Shown: in pieces, positions 61,464 through 64,000 of the stretch
Layout of the letters: each line of letters begins with the position of its first letter
How positions within the stretch are numbered: position 1 is the first letter of the stretch
Assembly: GCA_003694545.1 (NCBI GenBank)
Contig: RFKD01000051.1
Location: forward strand, 4,505 to 68,504
Source: Candidatus Parcubacteria bacterium
GTDB lineage: Bacteria > Patescibacteriota > Minisyncoccia > Phycocordibacterales > UBA12088
DNA: 64,000 bases
Reading direction: 5' to 3'
Position numbers and translations under genes: made by a program
The notes under the pieces: generated by a model
Database searches by the model: none
What the model saw: the letters and a program-made list of their open reading frames with translations, nothing else
Told to the model about the DNA's origin: nothing

Positions 61464-64000
61464 ATGGCAATGGCGCAAAGACCAAAAATGCCGCACGGCG
61501 GCCATGCGGCAGAAGAAGAGGCGCGCTATCTCCACGCGGAACTCGCAAAGCGCGCAAAGGCACTCGAAGGTGCTTCGCCGGAAGCGATCACGCGAATGGA
61601 GCGGGAGGTTGTCGAGCAGTACCGCGCCACGCCGCACCACCGCACTCCCGCCACCCAACCCGCGCTTTCCCATGAAGAGATAGAAGCTCAGCGGGCAATC
61701 GTGCTTGCCATTCCTCCGGATAGGCATGATGAGGTCATTTCGTCCCTCGTTGACATAATGCTCACAAAAGGCATCAAAAATATGTTAACGGTTGCGGAGC
61801 GTTCTGGTCCACACATTCTTGATGACGCGCACCGTTTTCTGGTCGCGTATCTCAAAGCGGGCTACCCCGTGTATGGCTTGCGCGAGCGTGATCCAATGCA
61901 ACGGACGCTAAGAATGACCTTGTATGAAGTGCGTGTTGCGACCGCACTGCCGGAAGAGGAAAAAGCTGCGGATGCGGTGCTCGCGAAAATGATGCAGCTG
62001 TACGCCGGTCTTCTTGCCTTGTACGACGAAAAGGAACAAATGGGGCATAGCGTCCTTGAAATCGCCGTACCCGAGGACGCGGATACCATCGGCTTTTACA
62101 TTGCCGTTCCAACGGCGCAAAAGAACGCGTTTGAAAAGATGCTCTCCTCCTTGTTTCCTCACGCAGTGTTTGAAGAAGTTCCGGGCGATTACAATCCTTT
62201 TTCCGAAAAGGGCGGGGTTGCGGTTTTGGAAGGGAGCCTCAAAGCTCCCTGGGTGCTTCCCATTGCAACATACGAAGACATTAAAGGGGATCCCTTGCGC
62301 GTTTTGTTAGAATCGTTCACGCGGCTTGAGCGGCAGGGAGTTGGTGCCGCGCTGCAGGTTACCGTCGCACCGGCGCCAGAAGATGCGCTTACCTGCGCCG
62401 TGAAAACCCTTGAGAAGTTGGATGAAGGAGAGACGCTCCAAAGCGCGTTTCGAGAAGTCTCGCGCGGGACGCTCACAAACGTGATTGTGGAAATTGGGAG
62501 GGCCCTTAAGGATTTAGCGTTTTCTCAAGAAGACAACGAGAACCACGACGCGAAGAAACCCAAAGAGCGCAATCCCGCGGTTCGTGAACTCATCCAAAAA
62601 AAGATTAAGACGCCTTTGGTTTCCGTGGGGGTGCGCATTATCGCGTCGGCTGACGACGCGGCCACAGCAACTTCTGCCGCCCGGGACATAGTCGCGGCCT
62701 TTAGCCAGTTTGCTAACCCGCTCGGCAATCGATTTGCGTTTGAGCCGGTATCGCTCCGTCGCCAAGCGGAAGTTGTGCGGGCATTTGTGCTGCGCTCGCG
62801 CATTCCATCACGGGAAATGGTTCTTTCTTTAGAGGAGCTTGCCTCCGTCATTCACATACCGTTTGACGCGAAGGCGGTTCCCGAATCAATGCGGCAGAGT
62901 CGATCCCGGGAAGCTTCCTTGCCACAAGGTGTTCCCACGCAAGGCGTTTTGTTGGGGGAGCATATCTACCAAGGCGTGCGCACCCCTGTTGCCATGCTGC
63001 CGCAAGATCGCTTGCGGCACCTGTATGTTATCGGCCAAACCGGCACCGGTAAGACTTCGCTCCTCAAGAACCTTATCGTGCAGGATATTCGCAACGGCGA
63101 GGGGGTGTGTTTTATCGATCCTCACGGCGTGGATGTGGACGAAGTACTCTCGCAAGTGCCGCCAGAGCGGTATGATGATGTGATTTACTTTGACCCCGCC
63201 AACACTGCGTATCCATTCGGCTTGAATATGATGGAGTACGACCCGTCGCGCCCGGAAGAAAAAACGTTTGTCGTCAACGAGCTTCTGTCTATCTTTAAAA
63301 AGTTGTACTCCCATGTCCCCGAGAGTATGGGCCCGGCATTTGAGCAATACTTCCGCAACGCCGCCTTGCTCGTGATGGAAGACCCGGAAACTGGGATGAC
63401 GCTCCTTGATATCGCACGCGTGTTTGCCGATGAGGTGTATCGAGAACTGAAACTGCGTCGGTGTAAAAACCCGACGGTGGCGCAGTTTTGGCGGGACATC
63501 GCGCTGAAGGCGACGGGAGAAATGGGGTTGCAAAACTACGCGCCCTACATCACCAACAAAATTGATGTGTTCACCACGAACGACATTATGCGCCCCATCA
63601 TCGCGCAGGAGCGTTCCTCGATCCGCTTTAATGAAATTATGGACACACGCAAGATCCTTCTCGTGAACCTTTCTAAAGGGCGACTTGGCGATATCAACGC
63701 GCACCTTATCGGCTTGGTGCTTGTTGGGAAGTTTTTGATGGCGGCGCTCGCGCGCACCGGCCGGGGCGACTACCCTCCGTTTTACTTGTATTTGGATGAG
63801 TTTCAAAATGTGACGACGGACTCCATCAGCGTTATCCTATCGGAGGCGCGCAAATACAAGCTCGCGCTCATTCTCGCGCACCAATTCTTAAAACAACTTG
63901 ACGACCCCATCCGCAACGCGGTATTTGGCAATGTTGGCTCTATGGTTGCGTTCCGTATTGGCACCCACGACGCGCAGGAACTCGAGCCTTTGTTCGCGCC
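61464..64000 (+). CDS. VirD4/TraG/TraD-like type IV secretion coupling-protein-type ATPase (3'-partial; runs off the window end)
   Basis: Manual translation from the ATG at 61464 gives an uninterrupted frame to 64000. It has Walker A YVIGQTGTGKTSLLKNLI, CFIDPHGVD, and Walker B FYLYLDEFQNV, with an N-terminal soluble domain of about 400 aa. It is not in the supplied ORF table because no stop codon occurs. Confidence 0.7.
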   Translation, partial: MAMAQRPKMPHGGHAAEEEARYLHAELAKRAKALEGASPEAITRMEREVVEQYRATPHHRTPATQPALSHEEIEAQRAIVLAIPPDRHDEVISSLVDIMLTKGIKNMLTVAERSGPHILDDAHRFLVAYLKAGYPVYGLRERDPMQRTLRMTLYEVRVATALPEEEKAADAVLAKMMQLYAGLLALYDEKEQMGHSVLEIAVPEDADTIGFYIAVPTAQKNAFEKMLSSLFPHAVFEEVPGDYNPFSEKGGVAVLEGSLKAPWVLPIATYEDIKGDPLRVLLESFTRLERQGVGAALQVTVAPAPEDALTCAVKTLEKLDEGETLQSAFREVSRGTLTNVIVEIGRALKDLAFSQEDNENHDAKKPKERNPAVRELIQKKIKTPLVSVGVRIIASADDAATATSAARDIVAAFSQFANPLGNRFAFEPVSLRRQAEVVRAFVLRSRIPSREMVLSLEELASVIHIPFDAKAVPESMRQSRSREASLPQGVPTQGVLLGEHIYQGVRTPVAMLPQDRLRHLYVIGQTGTGKTSLLKNLIVQDIRNGEGVCFIDPHGVDVDEVLSQVPPERYDDVIYFDPANTAYPFGLNMMEYDPSRPEEKTFVVNELLSIFKKLYSHVPESMGPAFEQYFRNAALLVMEDPETGMTLLDIARVFADEVYRELKLRRCKNPTVAQFWRDIALKATGEMGLQNYAPYITNKIDVFTTNDIMRPIIAQERSSIRFNEIMDTRKILLVNLSKGRLGDINAHLIGLVLVGKFLMAALARTGRGDYPPFYLYLDEFQNVTTDSISVILSEARKYKLALILAHQFLKQLDDPIRNAVFGNVGSMVAFRIGTHDAQELEPLFA

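Noticed and set aside
62886-63806. 306-aa minus-strand ORF
   Set aside because: Antisense to the VirD4-like frame, which has unambiguous Walker motifs. It is a high-GC reading-frame artefact.
1-64000. CRISPR arrays or rRNA genes
   Set aside because: No regularly spaced direct repeats with unique spacers and no rRNA-like conserved blocks were seen. The only multi-copy repeats are the tRNA-Gly elements and the short palindromes described above.

Overview
High-GC bacterial chromosome segment, possibly from a streamlined uncultivated lineage (CPR-like); this is a guess, and no rRNA or marker phylogeny is available. Most of the window is housekeeping: rpsO, an NYN-domain gene and pnp in a row; xerC/D-like recombinase; xth; cca; the tig-clpP block with rny; nusA; ppa; hup; pheA; corA; and a cluster of M29, AstE/AspA, M24 and M20 peptidases. 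Four tRNAs are readable directly from the sequence: Arg-TCG (+), Gly-GCC (-), Pro-TGG (+) and Gly-TCC (-). The main accessory feature is a roughly 10-kb AT-rich island starting immediately after the 3' end of tRNA-Pro (about 22364-32000). It carries a 5'-truncated serine-recombinase remnant, an XRE-type HTH regulator, a large PLD(HKD)-SNF2 helicase-nuclease fusion, a gamma-class N6-adenine methyltransferase with a TaqI_C-like target-recognition C-terminus, and an RloC/PrrC-like AAA_13 ATPase with a CxxC zinc-hook in a coiled coil. The methyltransferase is split by a 13-bp perfect tandem duplication (+1 frameshift). The four-gene combination reads as a candidate two-component ATP-dependent restriction-modification-like defence module (split Type ISP-like or minimal DISARM-like) backed by a restriction-linked anticodon-nuclease-type ATPase. 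Two homologous copies of a roughly 200-bp palindromic element sit directly downstream of the two tRNA-Gly genes. Each is flanked by a duplicated tRNA 3' end and has internal ends that mimic the tRNA T-arm and acceptor 3' strand. An 860-bp AT-rich spacer between the converging 3' ends of xth and cca contains a perfect DnaA-box 9-mer, two copies of GTTTCTTAAGAAAC and two of GTTTTCACGTGAAAAC; the TTTCACGTGAAA core recurs twice more in cca. A partial VirD4/TraG-like coupling ATPase runs off the 3' end of the window. No CRISPR array and no rRNA gene were seen.
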